64,000 nucleotides of DNA, from NCBI GenBank assembly GCA_000004985.1, contig GG738864.1, one strand, 5' to 3'. Made by a program: the position numbers and the translations under genes. The notes under the pieces were generated by a model. That model was given only the letters and a program-made list of their open reading frames with translations, was not told the origin of the DNA and did not search any database. This stretch comes from Naegleria gruberi. Lineage: Eukaryota. Position 1 is the first letter of the stretch; every line of letters starts with the position of its first letter. Below, piece by piece: positions 19,079 to 29,844 of the stretch.

Positions 19079-20345
19079 TTTCTTCCACTTGTATTGTAGT
19101 TTTCCAGAAACCATGACATAAATTTTTCAACACCAATCATTTTTCCATCCATGTTGATCGATTAAAATCCATCTAATCAATCTATTTTTTGATCAATCTA
19201 TCAAACAATCGATCATGATTCATTAACAATTTCAATCAGCTAATTATCAAAAGATTGTTGTTTGATTTCTTGTGATGTTTCAAAATAAAGCACTTCAAAA
19301 CACAAAAAGTTGTTTTTCCAAATTGCTTAAAGTCATGTGCCAAGCCAATCCTCCGATGTGGCATTTGAAAATAAATATGAATTTCTTATAATCCTTTCAG
19401 AGCTCAATGACTGAAAGTTGCCTCAACACTTTTCCAAGAATATGCCAAGTGCTCACTCTTGATTTTTGAAATTTGGGATATGGATATTGAAATATTACAT
19501 AAATGTTTGAGTAAATATTGAACTCCCCAAAGTCAGAGTGTTGGTTCTTGATTAAATAATTGCTTACACAAGTTTGGACGTTGTTGCTCCTGAACATGTG
19601 GTTTTGTTCAAAGAACACCTTATCAAGTTTGCTTTCATTCTCGCCCTTTATCATTAATTAAGGCACTCAATAATTCAAATCTTTTTTCAAGTGTTGTATT
19701 TTATCATGTCAAGTACTTGGGAAACTCGTTTGATGTAGTGGAAGATCCACTAGTAATTCAGTAAGTAACAAATCTATCTAATTTGTAACCCAGCATTTCT
19801 GAAAATGTCGAATTCATTGTAAAGAAATTAAACCACATTCAAACTTAATGAATTGTTCCTGATGTCATCCAGCTTGATATGGAATTAAGTAATACCAATA
19901 AGGTGATTTTCAAGGCACTCTATACTGACATCCAACCAAGGGTTGGTTCAAAATGAAAAAGGAGCAATTTGGAGAAGATTTTTCGAACCTTTGTGAAACA
20001 ATTCAAATAAGGGAGAAGGAAATCTGTGTCTCTAAAAAAATAATTGAAAAAACCAAAAAAAAGGCAAGAAGAAAATCAAACCTGAACTGGAAGAACAAAA
20101 GAAATCATCAAAATCAAAGTCTCAAGCTCAGTTCAATGAGGATTTTGAGATATAATGAAGAACATTGATAGATCGATCGATTGATCGATCAATTAATTGA
20201 TAAAATTCTATGTTTCATCCATTCAATCGATCATTTTCCATCTCGATCAATCATCGATCGGTAAAAAAATTCCATCGAACAATTTATGTCATGGTTTCTC
20301 GAAAACTACAATATCTCTTTTTCATAGTTCTTCCACAAAAGTTCT
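19079..20345. repeat. Composite repeat region. The outer segments 19079-19130 and 20283-20316 are inverted copies sharing the core AATTTATGTCATGGTTTCT[C/G]GAAAACTACAATA (32/33). The inner ATCGAT-rich tracts 19140-19200 and 20215-20265 are direct copies. The 0.9 kb between them carries two copies of an AAGGCACTC motif. It could be a foldback/MITE-like remnant or a structural element.
   Basis: Repeat similarity and the palindromic GATCGATCGATTGATCGATC tracts are seen directly by eye. I found no transposase or reverse-transcriptase ORF. Confidence 0.4.
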
Positions 20346-20920
20346 GAAGGTCTGAATTAGTAGGAACCTATTTTACAGTTAATGAAGGAACCTGTAAAGT
20401 TGTTATTTCAACTTAGTTTCTTCAACAAGGTCTTCTGCTGTTATTACAAGAAAGGATTGTTAGTTAAGTAAAAAGGGGGAGAAACACAGAAGCTAAACAA
20501 AAAAGAGATGAACAGTTCCTGTTGTATTCACATAATGCAGTGATGGATCATTGTTAACATGATTAATTAACTCCGCTCTTTGTACTAATTCAATTCTAAC
20601 ATGCCTTATTTCATAATCAAGTCAATGACCTCTTTCAACAATTACAATACAGTGAAAAGGTTGTGAATGGCAATATATGAAAAATGAGATTGGCAGACCA
20701 TTTTTAACAGATCATATTTCAAAAAGGAAATACTGTAATAGATTGGAAAGGTCAACTCGAAACATGTCAGTGAGAAACATTGTAAAGTATACTATTCATC
20801 CATTAGTTTAATAAGCTAATTACCCGAACGTTTTCCAACAGACCAAAGGTGCTGCACTTGCAAACTAAAGCAATATTCAAAAACCTCATGTTGCAACCTT
20901 TCTTCTAAACACTCAAAAAA

Positions 20921-22573
20921 ATGAAATCAGCAACCGGCATTCTTTGCTTCATCTGCTTATTAACACTGCTCATTCTCAAAGCAGACTACACTCTCCAACA
21001 ATTCACATGTTTCGGCTTGGACCCAACTGACCTTAGCGTCTGTGGAGGAAACGGTTTTTGCACAGCTCAAGACACATGTGATTGTCAAGATCTTTCATAT
21101 GGTGGCTATATTCACTCTAACATCAATGGTACTCTCAATAGATTAGTCAAAATTGCAAATGCTCCAAGAAATGAACATCTCGTCCTCCAATTAGACGCCA
21201 ATCTCATCTTGTTTAGTGATACAGCAGGTTTACCTGATTGGGCATCCGGTACCTATTCTCCATTGAATTCAGATCGTTACATGAGGATTGATAATAGCAC
21301 TGGTGCTTTCACACTTCACAAACTTGATGGAACTGTCTATGCTACAGTCTCTTCTGGATGTAATGGTGGAATTGGTCCATTCAGATTGGTTGTGAGATCA
21401 GATAGAAATTTGGCAATATACGATTCTATTGGAAAGATCTGCTGGATTATTGACAAGTATCCACACATTGGTTCAGTCATGTATCATGGAGCCAAATGTG
21501 ATGTTCCAATTTGCTTTGATAAGAATGCAACTGAGGTATGCTCTGGAAGAGGTTATTGTAATGTTCCACATAATTGTACTTGTATGGAAGGTGCCTTTGG
21601 TTATGATTGTAGAAATTTCACATGCTTTGGACTTGCTATCAATGATACCTCTGTTTGTTCTGGACATGGTCAATGCAATAATTTGAATAATTGCACATGT
21701 AATGATGGTTATTTTGGATCAAAGTGTCAAGAATTCAACTGTAATGGAATTCATTATAAGGAATCAAGTGTTTGCAGTGGTAAAGGAGTTTGTTCTAGTC
21801 CTAATGTTTGTAATTGCACACAAGGTTATAGTGGAGCATATTGTCAAGAATATTATTGTGATGGAACTCTTTACAATGACCAAAATGTTTGTTCTGGACA
21901 TGGCAAATGTAATGCTCCAGATAGTTGCTCATGTTCTGCTGGTTATTCTGGTGCCACATGTCTAGATTATACATGTTATGGAATTCATTATGCAGATCAA
22001 ACAGTTTGTTCAGGAAGAGGTAAATGTATTGGTCCAGATGGTTGCACCTGTCCAACTGATTTCTCTGGAACATCATGTCAAGATTATTACTGTAATGGAA
22101 TTCATTACAAGGAATCAAATGTTTGTAATGGACGAGGTGTCTGCTCAGCACCAACTATTTGCAATTGCACACAAGGATACACTGGTACATATTGTCAAGA
22201 TTTCAACTGTAATGGAACTTATTACAGTGATGCAAAGGTTTGCTCTGGAAATGGTAAATGTAATGCTCCAGACAGTTGCTCATGTTCTGCTGGTTTCTCT
22301 GGAGCTACATGTCAAGATTTCTATTGTAATGGAATTCTTTCCAATGATGAAAAAGTTTGTTCAGGAAATGGAAAATGTGCATCTCCAAATAATTGTGTTT
22401 GCTCTCCTCAATTTAGAGGTGTCAGTTGTGAAACTAAAGTACCTTCTACTGTTGCTTCCTTGAGTGGAAATGTTATTGGAAAGGTCAATAGCTCAATTTC
22501 CATTAAGAAGGTTAGCACTCTTCAAATGATATTCATCTTGGCATGTGTAATGATTTGTGCCATCTTGTTTTAA
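20921..22573 (+). CDS. Type-I membrane glycoprotein with signal peptide, a bulb-type (B-) lectin domain, about 12 tenascin-type EGF repeats and a C-terminal TM segment.
   Basis: B-lectin motifs LQLDANLILF and VRSDRNLAIYD; repeated CSGxGxCxxPxxCxCxxGxxGxxC units; a hydrophobic C-terminus. Confidence 0.7.
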   Translation: MKSATGILCFICLLTLLILKADYTLQQFTCFGLDPTDLSVCGGNGFCTAQDTCDCQDLSYGGYIHSNINGTLNRLVKIANAPRNEHLVLQLDANLILFSDTAGLPDWASGTYSPLNSDRYMRIDNSTGAFTLHKLDGTVYATVSSGCNGGIGPFRLVVRSDRNLAIYDSIGKICWIIDKYPHIGSVMYHGAKCDVPICFDKNATEVCSGRGYCNVPHNCTCMEGAFGYDCRNFTCFGLAINDTSVCSGHGQCNNLNNCTCNDGYFGSKCQEFNCNGIHYKESSVCSGKGVCSSPNVCNCTQGYSGAYCQEYYCDGTLYNDQNVCSGHGKCNAPDSCSCSAGYSGATCLDYTCYGIHYADQTVCSGRGKCIGPDGCTCPTDFSGTSCQDYYCNGIHYKESNVCNGRGVCSAPTICNCTQGYTGTYCQDFNCNGTYYSDAKVCSGNGKCNAPDSCSCSAGFSGATCQDFYCNGILSNDEKVCSGNGKCASPNNCVCSPQFRGVSCETKVPSTVASLSGNVIGKVNSSISIKKVSTLQMIFILACVMICAILF

Positions 22574-22690
22574 CAAATTGAAAACCCTTTTCACATTCAA
22601 TATAAATTCAATTTTTTGTAAAATCAATAAATTGCAAGTTTAATTGAAAAAAGAATTTCTAATTTCCTCACTGTATGATACTAAATCTTA

Positions 22691-23064
22691 TTAAAAACTA
22701 GTCTTTTGTTGCTTGTATTTCAAACCTTCAGTTCCATCCAATAAAACATAAACTCCATCATCTGTCAAATTAAATGTAAAAACTTTTTCAAATCCAACTT
22801 CAGGTAAAACTAATTTCAATTCAATTTTATGAGCACGAGCAATGGAAGGGAGAGGAAGATCCAAAACAAGTTCCTTATCAACTTCTCCTGTGGAATCTTC
22901 AAAAACAAGCTCAAATTCACTTGAGGTTGAGTTGAGTGATTTGATGAAAATTTTCTAATAATTAGGATTTAAATTATTTGATGAATTTTGATGTGATTAC
23001 ATACTGCTGGATCTTCTTCACTGGCTGGGAGTTCCTTGACAAAGAGGTGGAGTTGTGTGGACAT
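22691..23064 (-). CDS. Small two-exon gene (about 108 aa) missing from the ORF track: MSTQLHLFVKELPASEEDPA, then a 50-nt intron GTATGT...TTATTAG at 22954-23003, then KIFIKSLNSTSSEFELVFEDSTGEVDKELVLDLPLPSIARAHKIELKLVLPEVGFEKVFTFNLTDDGVYVLLDGTEGLKYKQQKTSF.
   Basis: Clean ATG, a canonical short intron matching the local intron class, and an uninterrupted second exon ending in TAA. I recognise no family. Confidence 0.4.
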
Positions 23065-23381
23065 TTTTTTTTGTTTATTAATAAAAGATAATTAAGACAG
23101 TTGAAGGAATCTTTTTATGGATTGACATGTGTTAAAATTGGATGATCAATAAATATTTTAAATGTTTTGTAATGTTGGGCGCTCTGGTTATGTCATCTAC
23201 AGTTGCTTTACAATGAGGGTTTCATTACCATAGTACCTATCTGAAACTCCAATTCTAGTATGAATAATCAACAAGATTAAAGTACACTATATTATTCAAC
23301 AAGATTAGTGCACACTATTATTGGTATTTTACAATTTTATTTACATGATATTCGATTCGTTTACATTCGTTTATAATAAAT

Positions 23382-23648
23382 CTATTCTCTCTTAACCCAA
23401 TAGGTATGAGAAATTGGAGCAAAATCAACCTGAGTCACAATATCCTTATTTTCACCAGGTCTAGCACAATACTTTGATTCAAAAGCAAGAGTTTCAGGTG
23501 TGGCACGAGCTTCAACAAATGATTTACCTTGTTCAGCTTCTTGCCATTTCAAGTTGGCAACTGAACCAGCAGAGAGGATGGCCATTGCTGATAACCAAAC
23601 GTATGGCTTGTAGAAGAAGTATTGGAAACCAATTTTATGATAGGTCAT
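23382..23648 (-). CDS. Small (88 aa) single-pass membrane protein, function unknown.
   Basis: ORF with one hydrophobic helix (YVWLSAMAILSAGSV). No family recognised; it could be spurious. Confidence 0.3.
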   Translation of the reverse strand: MTYHKIGFQYFFYKPYVWLSAMAILSAGSVANLKWQEAEQGKSFVEARATPETLAFESKYCARPGENKDIVTQVDFAPISHTYWVKRE

Positions 23649-24109
23649 TTTGGATTTTAATGATCAATTCGAAAGAGATCGAGATAATGTCGTTTTTTTT
23701 TAGAGTGGTGAAATAATGGAAAGTTGGCGAAACCAAAGAATTTAAAGTGATGGTTGGCAGGGAAACCGAAGCAAATTGAAGGAGAAAATATTTCCAAACG
23801 TCGACATATTTTAAAAACTACATGTAAGGAAGTCAGTTACAACAAATTGACATTTTCGACGTTGTAATGTCATTTTTCCAAATTAGCACCTGTCAGCGAA
23901 ATGTCATACAAAAACTGTAGATAACATTAATGTATGTGTTATTTTCAATTCTACAATCAATTGAAGATTTCATCCCTTGATCAAAAAAACAACTCAATTT
24001 CATTTTCAACAATCTCTATTGAGGATTTCAATATCCTAATGAAATATATTCTTCGATCTTTCCTCTTCTTCTTGAAAGATTGCATGAATAGTTCAATTAT
24101 TTACCATAG

Positions 24110-25408
24110 TTGACTTTACAATTCATGAACAGAAATATTACTCCACTCAAAAAAATGAATCAAGATCAAAATGTACTGCTATATGATAATTTTCCCTTCC
24201 ACCGAAAAATATTAAACACCACCATCACAACATGCCATTCTCGGATCATGATTAACAATTCACTTTATATGTTCCAACTCATTAAAGGTGAAAATATGAT
24301 CAAGGTTTCTAGGGTGTCTTTTCTGGGTGAGGGTTTGGAGTATAGAATTTACGAATATCAGAATGTGAGAATATACAATGAGGATGATGCTGATGAAAAT
24401 TCACTTGTAGTTTTAACATTTATTGAAATTGGAGAATTGAATGGTTATTTCTACATGTTTTCCGAATCTGAAGGAAGTGGCAGGAATTTAGAACAGGTTC
24501 ATAGGTTGAAAATTATTGAAGAGAATAATGCTTCTTCGATTCAAGTTGAGAGAATTTATAAGAGTTTTGAAACTTCGTATGTGAGAATTCTGAGTCCATT
24601 ATTAGCAGATAGAGAGAGGAATTGTTTTTACTGGTTTGGTGGATATAGGATTAGAAAATCAACCAGTTTGAAGGATTGTATCAAGTTTAATGTGGAAACG
24701 TGTGAATTTGAATTTTTGACAAATTTTCAAATGGGATTTGTTTTACATTCTCAATCTTCATTGTTTTGGAAGAATAGATATGTCATTGTATTTGGAGGTT
24801 GGATCACTTCTTGTTTTACAACAGCCAATATTTATGCATTTGATGTTGAGAATAGAAATTGGTATTCAATTTATTGTATTGATGACACAGATGAGGAGGT
24901 AATACCAAAAATTTTGCCTAGATATAATTCTGGAATGGTATTGGTTTCTAATAGGTGGGCCAGTAAATTTAATGCAACTATTCCATCAAATGATGATATG
25001 GATACATTATTCATTTATGGAGGACATATTGATTATATGGATATAACACGAGATACACATGAGGTATTGTTATTTCACTTGGACGAGTCGCTATTCCAAC
25101 TTGGAGAAGTGATTACAGAAACTCATATACCATTTAGTTTGACCAATTATTGTAAAGATTATTGGGAAAAGAAATTGAGCGAAACTGAATTTAATTTATT
25201 TAAGGATAATTTCAAGATTCTTCCTACCACTAATGTAAGCACCATTTATAACTTTAAATGTCATACTGGGAAGGAGAGATTGTACATTCTCAATGGATAC
25301 GACAAAACTAGTATATCAAAATTAGATTTGTGTGATATGAGATCTTTGTTTAATTCGAATTTATTGAAATTTTCACATTATTGGGATGTTCAATTTTCAT
25401 TTTTATAA
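24110..25408 (+). CDS. Kelch-repeat (beta-propeller) protein, 432 aa.
   Basis: Kelch-like blades with a Gly-Gly doublet and aromatic residues (YVIVFGGW..., LFIYGGH..., RNWYSIY). Confidence 0.5.
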   Translation: MTLQFMNRNITPLKKMNQDQNVLLYDNFPFHRKILNTTITTCHSRIMINNSLYMFQLIKGENMIKVSRVSFLGEGLEYRIYEYQNVRIYNEDDADENSLVVLTFIEIGELNGYFYMFSESEGSGRNLEQVHRLKIIEENNASSIQVERIYKSFETSYVRILSPLLADRERNCFYWFGGYRIRKSTSLKDCIKFNVETCEFEFLTNFQMGFVLHSQSSLFWKNRYVIVFGGWITSCFTTANIYAFDVENRNWYSIYCIDDTDEEVIPKILPRYNSGMVLVSNRWASKFNATIPSNDDMDTLFIYGGHIDYMDITRDTHEVLLFHLDESLFQLGEVITETHIPFSLTNYCKDYWEKKLSETEFNLFKDNFKILPTTNVSTIYNFKCHTGKERLYILNGYDKTSISKLDLCDMRSLFNSNLLKFSHYWDVQFSFL

Positions 25409-25490
25409 TATTCTGGTATTTATTTCAATGAAATTACTAAATAAATTGGAATCTTAATTTAAATTCCACAAATTCCAATTCAACTTTAGA

Positions 25491-26303
25491 ATGGATTTCA
25501 AAAGCATCAAATTCATAATTGAAATTGTAAAAAAAATGAAAACAAATCAAAAGAAGAATTTATCATCAAAGAGTAATAATAATAATAATTCAAGGAATCC
25601 TTCATCGTCAACATCAGAAACCAGTAGTAGTGATAATTTTATAGTTACTAAACAATCATCACTTTGTATATTAATTCCGAATAATCATGATGATGATAAT
25701 TATGATGAAAGTAGTTCCGGATCAAACTCTTCACTTTTTGATCATGTACAACATATTAGACAGGAGAATGATAAGAGTTTCAACCGATGGGCTCCACATT
25801 TGAATTTAATGTATCCGTTTGTACATAAGAAGAGTTTTTTCAAGGCCAAACAATTAATTGAGCAAGTTATTATTGAGAAGGAACAAGTGAAGAGTTTTGA
25901 GATTGATTTTCCACCTCATCATGTCTATTGCAGACAATTTTCAAAGTTTGTGTTGGCAAGTCCAACAGATGAAAAGCAACTGGAAATATTGCAGAAAATT
26001 TATGCCATGCTGAAGGAGATTTTCCCACAATGTGCTGCAACTGGTGCTTTGGAGGAAGGTGAAGGAAAGAATGGGAATGTGGAAGAAAAGTTTCATCCCC
26101 ATTTAACACTTGGTCAATTATCAAATTCAAATTTAGCAAACGTGAAAAAAACAAGGAATAATAATTCAACCACTAATGAATTTGAGAAGATTAAGAATGA
26201 ATGGCAGGGAGGAAAGTTTAAAGTATGTGAATTGGTTTTCATGTGGAGAGAATCTCTTGAGGAACCATTTCATGTCACTGAAAGAATACCTTTAACCATT
26301 TAA
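25491..26303 (+). CDS. N/S-rich protein with a C-terminal domain resembling 2H phosphoesterases (H-x-T/N-x motifs PHLNLMYP and HPHLTLGQ).
   Basis: Two HxTx-like motifs about 95 aa apart after a poly-N/poly-S tract. The assignment is tentative. Confidence 0.35.
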   Translation: MDFKSIKFIIEIVKKMKTNQKKNLSSKSNNNNNSRNPSSSTSETSSSDNFIVTKQSSLCILIPNNHDDDNYDESSSGSNSSLFDHVQHIRQENDKSFNRWAPHLNLMYPFVHKKSFFKAKQLIEQVIIEKEQVKSFEIDFPPHHVYCRQFSKFVLASPTDEKQLEILQKIYAMLKEIFPQCAATGALEEGEGKNGNVEEKFHPHLTLGQLSNSNLANVKKTRNNNSTTNEFEKIKNEWQGGKFKVCELVFMWRESLEEPFHVTERIPLTI

Positions 26304-26444
26304 GCTATTGAAATTTGTGTTAACAATTATTCTAATATGAAGAAAATTCCACAAAACCTCTAATGATTTCAGAGTTAAACTATTTGATGAATTTGTTCAC
26401 CTCAAATTCAAACATTCCTTCTAGTTGTCGAACAGTAATTTATT

Positions 26445-27335
26445 CTAATCAATATTAATCACTTGAAGAGCATCAAATGAAGTATCAACATTTTCCTCTT
26501 CTTCCAATTCTTTCATTAACAATTGCATAAACAAGTCAGTCTTACCAAAAATTCTGACAGTTGCCAATCTATCATATTCAGTTTTCTGTAAATTTACAAT
26601 ACACATCATTCCCTTATTATCTAGAACTTCAAGTGGGAATTCACAACTAGGGGTAACTTTCATACTTGTTCCAAGAACCAATGCAAAATCACCCTTCTTT
26701 GAATGATCCATTGCTTGATCAAAATCCTTCTCAGGCAAATCTTCATCAAAGTGAATTATATTATCTTTAAGTCTGCCACCACATTCACACTTTCTTCCAG
26801 TAAAGTGCTTGGTCCAATCCTTTTCATTCTTACTAACATCAAATCCTCTCAAATATTCCTTTTCACACTTGTTACAATATTCAACATAACAATTTCCGTG
26901 TAATTCAGCAAGCTTATCTCTAGGTAATCCAGATCTTCTATGAAGACCATCCACATTGGTCGATACGACATACTTTACATAATCCTTCTTGACCAAATGT
27001 GTGATGGCATAGTGACAATAGGTAGGAACAGCTTGCTCAATTTCCACACCTTCATATTCCTCAACACCATATTCCATTGCAGTCCAAACTCCTTTCGGCC
27101 CACGATAATCACTCAATTGTGCACTTGTTGAAATACCAGCTCCAGTATAAATCACTACATGTTTGGCTTCTTTCAAATAATTGGCCAGTTTTTTGACTTT
27201 TCTCTTGATGGATGTTTCACTCTCTTCGTGTTCTTTCAATGAAGCTGGAAGTTCTTTTGGTTTGGCTGGTTCTGATGCTTTTTCGGAGGTTGTTTGGGAT
27301 GAGGATTTGCTCTTCTTTTTGGATTGCTTTGGCAT
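26445..27335 (-). CDS. Class IV sirtuin (SIRT6/SIRT7-like NAD-dependent deacylase) with a basic N-terminal extension.
   Basis: GAGISTSAQLSDYRGPKGVWT, catalytic LAELHGN, and the zinc ribbon CNKC...CECGG. Confidence 0.8.
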   Translation of the reverse strand: MPKQSKKKSKSSSQTTSEKASEPAKPKELPASLKEHEESETSIKRKVKKLANYLKEAKHVVIYTGAGISTSAQLSDYRGPKGVWTAMEYGVEEYEGVEIEQAVPTYCHYAITHLVKKDYVKYVVSTNVDGLHRRSGLPRDKLAELHGNCYVEYCNKCEKEYLRGFDVSKNEKDWTKHFTGRKCECGGRLKDNIIHFDEDLPEKDFDQAMDHSKKGDFALVLGTSMKVTPSCEFPLEVLDNKGMMCIVNLQKTEYDRLATVRIFGKTDLFMQLLMKELEEEENVDTSFDALQVINID

Positions 27336-27556
27336 GTTGTGAGAGGATATTTAAGCTTAGTAGATAGTAGGTATTTTTTTGAATGAATGAATTAGATGTG
27401 AAAATTTGATGACGATTCTTAAAGAGGAAAAATCTGTAACGAAAATATTCGTCATTTTCAAAGTTCTTAATTTTCTCCTCTATTTTTATCAGCAAGGTTC
27501 ACCTTTTGTTTAAGGCTGATGTGTTTAAACAACTGGTTTTAAAGATTTAGGTCGTA

Positions 27557-27628
27557 AAGCAAATTGGCGCAGCGGAAGCGCGATGGGCTCATAACCCATA
27601 GGTCCTAGGATCGAAACCTAGATTTGCT
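27557..27628 (+). tRNA. Initiator tRNA-Met (CAU).
   Basis: AGCAAATTGGCGCAGCGGAAGCGCGATGGGCTCATAACCCATAGGTCCTAGGATCGAAACCTAGATTTGCTA carries the A1:U72 pair, the GGCGCAGCGGAAGCG D-arm and the ATCGAAA T-loop diagnostic of eukaryotic initiators. Confidence 0.9.
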
Positions 27629-27748
27629 AACTATTTTTTTATGAATGTTTATTTTGTTATTTACAATTCCAACTCAATTTTGTTGGAATTACTGTTTCTG
27701 AAAGATCGATAGATCTGTCATATATATTTGGGGTTTGAACTGTTCAAA

Positions 27749-28951
27749 TTAATAGACAGCTTCTCCAGCATAAACTTGATTCTCAATTCCACCCTCTCCT
27801 TGAGCAATTTTGAAATATCCAGACATTCCCCAATTTGGACCCCATGAATTGGCAGCTAACCAATAATTAGAACCTCCCTCAACTCCAAATCCAATTAAGG
27901 CAACAGCATGTCCACCAAGAACTGTGCTTACAACGTGTTTATAGACTCCTGACTTGTATCTAGAAAAACAAATTAGTATATATGAAACAAATTAAACTCA
28001 CCCTGTAAGATCCCTGTAGACTGTGAAACCAGCTTGTACGCTGCCATATGTCATGATTGCAGTCTTGATATTATTGATACCTGTAATGTAACGAGTATTT
28101 TTGGCCTTATACTTGCTCATGGACATGGAAGCAATCTTGCATTGAGTTGGACAAGTTCCAGAGGAGAAGGTTCCTCTTCCACTAGCATATGGAATACAAG
28201 TATCGAGAGGTGTTCCAGTATTTTCCAAAAATGTCCAAGAATATTTCAAATAACCTCCTTGACAGGCCTTATTCATTGTATCGCATTGTACTTGGTATTC
28301 TGGTGAGAGGACAACATTGGTTTGACCATTGGTGGCAATGCACAATCTATGAGCCAATACATAATTTGCAGAACTATCATAAATATTACCAAAAAAAGGA
28401 AAATTGTGTCGAATGAAATTATAAGTTGAAATTAATAAAATCAAATTGTAAAACTTACAAAGCCCAACAAGCACCACATGTTTGTTGATCTCTAATTGCT
28501 GGAACACACCCTCTCCATTGAGTTCTTGCATCAAAATTCATGGGTATATCCATTCTAGTTTCAATATTTTCCATTCTTGGAGTGTCTTCATCAGTGCTCA
28601 TCAATGAAAGACCAAATAGATTATCTCTAAGTTGTGAAATGGTCATGTTATCAAATCTAGAGTATTCAGTTGCCTTCCATCCATGAGTATGATTGGAATT
28701 AATTCTGTCAATCAAAGATTTGTCATTGACAGGAGTGTTGGCATGAGTGTGGTTGGCAATTGGATGAGTTGGATGAACAGGATGAGTGCTATTGTGCTTT
28801 GGTGGTAATGGTTTCTTTTTGTTTCCTTGGAAAGTTCAATTGGAGTGACCATTGTCAAAAAAACCAAACAGACAATACAACTGAGAATAAGGACAGTATT
28901 AGAAGAGTTTCTTCTAGTAGTAGCAAATGATTTGTTTGAATTGTTATTCAT
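27749..28951 (-). CDS. Cathepsin B-like cysteine protease with an N-terminal signal anchor and a His/Pro-rich linker. At least three exons, with introns of about 42 nt (GTGAGT...TACTAAT...TCTAG near 27963-28004) and about 78 nt (GTAAGT... near 28378-28455). An apparent 1-nt indel in an A5 run near 28825 shifts the N-terminal exon frame.
   Basis: Papain-family motifs [26 protein letters not shown], and the C-terminal [37 protein letters not shown] with the occluding-loop region. Confidence 0.75.
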
Positions 28952-29271
28952 TTTGTTTTTTTTGTTATTGATTCAAACATTCACAATTTGATTTCCACTA
29001 TTTATTCGAAACTTAAAAGACCGCAAGAGATAATGAAAATAACAATGAAAAACACACTCATCATCCACGAGAAGATATTATCGGACCAAATGGGAATGGT
29101 TTTCTCTTGTGGAAAGAGGTGGAAACTCTTCATTATGTGGAGAGATACTGTTTGGTCCCAAATTGTTCATCAGATAACATTCCAATAAAGAAAACCATTT
29201 TCCAAATAACAAGATTCAGATAACAAATCATTACATATCAACAATATTCAATTAAATGTTAAACATCAGCT

Positions 29272-29778
29272 TACAATGCATCTGTCAGTCTTCTACAGTG
29301 CAAAACTGTAAATCATTCAACACTTTTGACAAGTCAAAAAACTGTAAATTTCCAACTTTTTCAAAAATATCAAAATCTTTCTTAATATCTTTGTAAATTT
29401 TCAAATTGATAAAACCATGGTGTCAACATACCTGACTGGGAACTGAAAATCAACCAACAAGACAGTTGTACAAGTCTAAAAGGTTTGGCTGGAAATTGTT
29501 AGAGGATAATGTTCTTTCTCAAGTTGTTGTTGCACCAATAGTGAAATCCTGAGTCGGAAAACAACCAAAAGGTGAAGAGAGGTACATCATCTTTACAGTA
29601 ATTTGGTTTTTTGTTTGGTGGGGTTATTGATTGAAAAACATTTCAATAAATACCAAATTGTTAGTTTACAATGCTTCTGTCAATATTCAACTCTTTGAAA
29701 ACAACAAATCTTGAGCTTTCTCCAAAATATCAAAGTCGTTCCTTAATGTCTTTGTAAATTTTCAAATTGATCAACTCA
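29272..29778. repeat. Two direct copies (29272-29412 and 29667-29778) of an element of about 110-140 bp, in the intergenic region between cathepsin B and the P0-like gene. They share an exact 22-mer CTTTGTAAATTTTCAAATTGAT.
   Basis: Alignment by eye gives about 80% identity over about 110 bp, with a 60-bp insertion in copy 1. Confidence 0.5.
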
Positions 29779-29844
29779 TCAAAATGAACTTCAATCTCGA
29801 AATTTAAAAAAGTTCCCCTAAAAAAAAATGTCAAAACAAAACTT

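Noticed and set aside
21429-22463. Several 66-161 aa ORFs in other frames and on the antisense strand inside the EGF-repeat gene
   Set aside because: They arise from the periodic Cys-codon-rich EGF repeats (translations are H/V/M-rich nonsense). The sense frame has signal peptide, lectin, EGF and TM coherence.
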